NCBI RefSeq assembly: GCF_006345805.1
Contig: NW_021831752.1
Coordinates: 248,001 to 312,000 of the forward strand
DNA length: 64,000 nt
Origin: Octopus sinensis
Taxonomy: Eukaryota
Reading direction: 5' to 3'
The notes under the pieces are model-generated. The model was not told where the DNA came from. It searched no databases and worked only from the letters and a program-made list of their open reading frames with translations. Each line of letters opens with the position of its first letter. The first letter of the stretch is position 1. This document shows, piece after piece, positions 61,186 to 64,000 of the stretch. A program made the position numbers and the translations under genes.

Positions 61186-63091
61186 ATGACAAAAAATAGT
61201 GATTTAGTTTGGGCTAGAAAACTTGAATTTGTACTAACATTGCTATCATTCGCCGTGGGTTTAGGAAATATTTGGAGGTTTCCTTATTTGTGTTACGTCA
61301 ACGGAGGAGGTAAAGTCGAGCCATGATTTTTGTTAGGGGCATTTCTTTTGCCGTATTTCTTAAGTTTGGCATTAATTGGAATACCAGTTTTCTTTGTCGA
61401 AATAGCACTGGGTCAATTTTCAGGACTTGACAACGTTAAATGCTGGAACATTTCTCCAATTTTTCGAGGTAAACTATAAAATAATAAAATACAGGGATTG
61501 GCTACAGTTCTATTCTGATAACATTTAGTTTTGGCTGTTACTACAACGTAATTATTTCTATTTGTCTCCAATATTTGTATCATTCCTGGAAAAGTACATT
61601 ACCCTGGACACTCAATAATGCAAGCTGGAATTTAAATTGTAGTATATTATTATAAATCACCAAAGGTACACCGGGGATGGAAGCAGAACAGTTTTTTGAG
61701 TAATTTTTGATCTGGTAATTTAAATACAGGAGGAAAATATTGGGCAAGAGCGACGGATTTGGAATATATGGACATATTATGAACAACATGGTGATTGGAT
61801 ATTTTATTGCCTGGGTTCTTGTTTTTTGTTGTCTGTCCTTTTCTATCAAAACTCTAGGAAAGGTAAATCATGCACACATATTGCAGACTTCTTATATTAC
61901 AGGACTATTTCCATATGTCATGATTACAATTCTGGTGATTCGGTCTGCTCTATTGCCTGGATCAAAAAACGGGATAAGTTTTTATTTAAAACCAGACATA
62001 AAAAGAATTTCCGACGCAAATGTACAAATTCTAAATTCAATTCAGGTTTGGAAGGATGCTGCATCTCAAATATTTTATTCACTTTCAATCGCTATTGGAG
62101 GAATAATCTGTTTGTCGAGTCACAATCAATTTAAAAATAATGCCATTTTCGACTCAATCATCGTGCCAGTTATGAATTGTGCGACATCATTTTATGTGGG
62201 GTTCGCGGTTTTTGGCATAACCGGATACCTTGCTCATTCATCAGGAAAAACAGTCCCAGAAGTAGTACAAAACGGTAATAGCGTTTGACTATTTTTAAGG
62301 GTTTGGTTTGGTTTTTGTAGCTTATCCAACTGGTCTTGCTAAACTTCCAGTAGCCCAATTATGGTCAACTCTTTTCTTTTTAATGATGATTCTTCTTGGA
62401 GTTGGGTCAATGGTAAAAACTTTTTGATAACATAATCAGGGGACCATAACAGAAGGACTGTTGTATCCTCTAGAAAACATGTTGCCGTATTCCAGTCGAA
62501 AAGCTAGCCTTTTATTCAGGATGTTTGTTTGCTCGATAAGTTTTTTATTTGGACTTCCTATGTGTTTTCAAGTTTCCGTTTTGTTTTATTACTCAAAGGG
62601 GGGTACTTATCTATTGGATATTCTGGATTCTGGACTTTCAATGTCTTTTTTCTGGGTTGGAATTTTTGAATTGATAGCGGTTATTTATTTTTATGGTTTT
62701 CCAGCTGTTTCATTTTATAGGATTTGAAAAATTCAAATACGACATTCAGTTTATGACCAATAAAAAACTAAATATTTATTGGTTTGCCACTCTAAATATA
62801 ATCTCGCCAATTGCTCTTTGCGTTTCTAGTTTTTTAAATTGCCTTTAGGTAATTGTGTTTTCTGGATTCAAACATTTTGAATATTCTTCCGCAGCAACAA
62901 CAACTAGTCCAAAAGTTTTGAATATTGTTGTTTTTTCATTTCCACTTGTTATGATTGCTTGTTATGCGATTGGCTATGTAATTATCAACCGCTACGTATT
63001 TTTATATATTTTTATTTAGAAAACAATTCAAAAACATCATTGGCTTCCAAAAGAGGGTTACCGTGAAGATTATAAAAATAGTCTGGTTTAA
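61186..63091 (+). CDS. SLC6 sodium:neurotransmitter/amino-acid symporter
   Basis: [91 protein letters not shown]; many ~25-nt introns. Some exon edges approximate. Confidence 0.92.
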
Positions 63092-63197
63092 TTTTAACAA
63101 AAATAATATTAAAAAATAAAAATTTGTGTTACTATTTTTCAAATGTAATTCTTAACTCGGTTAAAGACCCGACCGCTGAATTCTAAACACTTTGTGT

Positions 63198-64000
63198 TCT
63201 TTTTTTTTTTTAAATTGATATTTTATTAAATTAAAGACCAAATAAAGTTTTAATTAATTAGTATGACCCTAGGATAGCGTGTGAATTTCCGCGGACAATT
63301 GCACACGAAATCCTCTGGAAGAGCCACGACGTCTCCCGGGGATCACCTGTTTTTTTGGAGATTAGACCACCAAATCTTCGAATGAACGAGAAACTCTCTG
63401 TTCCAAAGACTCCAGAAGTCTCCACAGCGATCGGCTGGAAAAGATATCTGTCTGCCAGGAAAGAGTATTTCTTTTTCTTCAACTCTTCAGAACGTTTTGC
63501 AGCAGAGCCAGGAAAGGATGCCGAACTTCCGAATGAAGAAGGTCCAAACGTGTCAGGGCAGGTAAAATCCCAAACAAGTGATTTCCCTCTCGTGTACGGG
63601 TAGATGGTTACGCCGTCTGGGCGTTTGCCATCCCCTCTATCGAGACCAGCTGGTTCGAGTTGAGAGTGGAATCCGGCAGCGTCCATGGCCCTTTTGATGA
63701 TGTCATTGGCGGCGGAATGTCGGGGAAAACGGCCGGCACTACGAGTGCAAGAAAGTGGGTGCCTTCCCAATGGACCAATCCTCTTTCCACATTTGCAGGG
63801 GTGTAGGGTGCACATCGGTAAGCCGAGACGTAGACATAGGCCGATCCTAATGGTATCGTCGTCCAGTTTACAGCCGGTAGACGCAATAGGACAAGCGCTT
63901 ATCCAGGAGCCAGAATTGGGTTGTGCACCCGATCTGAGACATATGATCCGTTCTTGGTCCATGCACAGTTCGATAACTCTGTAAGTCTCCCCGCACCAGA
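63198..64000 (-). mobile_element. CRE-type retroelement 3' part, ORF open to the window edge
   Basis: ORF 63258-63962+ with HPCKCG..HPLSC, RFPRHS, GKRPDG..WDFTC, PIAVETSG and ETSWLFQRIS; T-run tail at ~63198-63211. Confidence 0.92.

Overview
AT-rich eukaryotic (animal) genomic window, probably from a highly reduced parasite such as a myxozoan or dicyemid; this is an inference from gene content and intron size. It holds 15 compact host genes, nearly all split by very short (about 22-32 nt) GT-AG introns: SPNS1-like (3' end), WDR86-like, DBT, ATF4-like bZIP, FANCD2, ATP6V1D, a secreted cyclophilin, TAO kinase, TMEM70, MEAF6, a UBC E2, YRDC, makorin, COA6 and an SLC6 transporter. Roughly half of the window is nested transposable elements. 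These include one intact RTE-type LINE ORF, an IR/DR Tc1 element with DD35E spacing, several decayed LINEs, CRE-type and R4-like RLE retroelements, a hAT derivative, and three non-autonomous Helitrons carrying expanding ~95-bp satellites. The least obvious structure is a set of four TGT...ACA inverted-repeat elements with exact 5-bp target duplications (Ginger/TDD-like). Three of them carry internal TTAGGG telomere-like repeats and host nested insertions. Other candidates worth checking are a GTGGTG motif just before several start codons, apparent loss of the FANCD2 monoubiquitination lysine, and uORFs ahead of the ATF4-like gene. All family assignments come from manual motif recognition; no database search was run.
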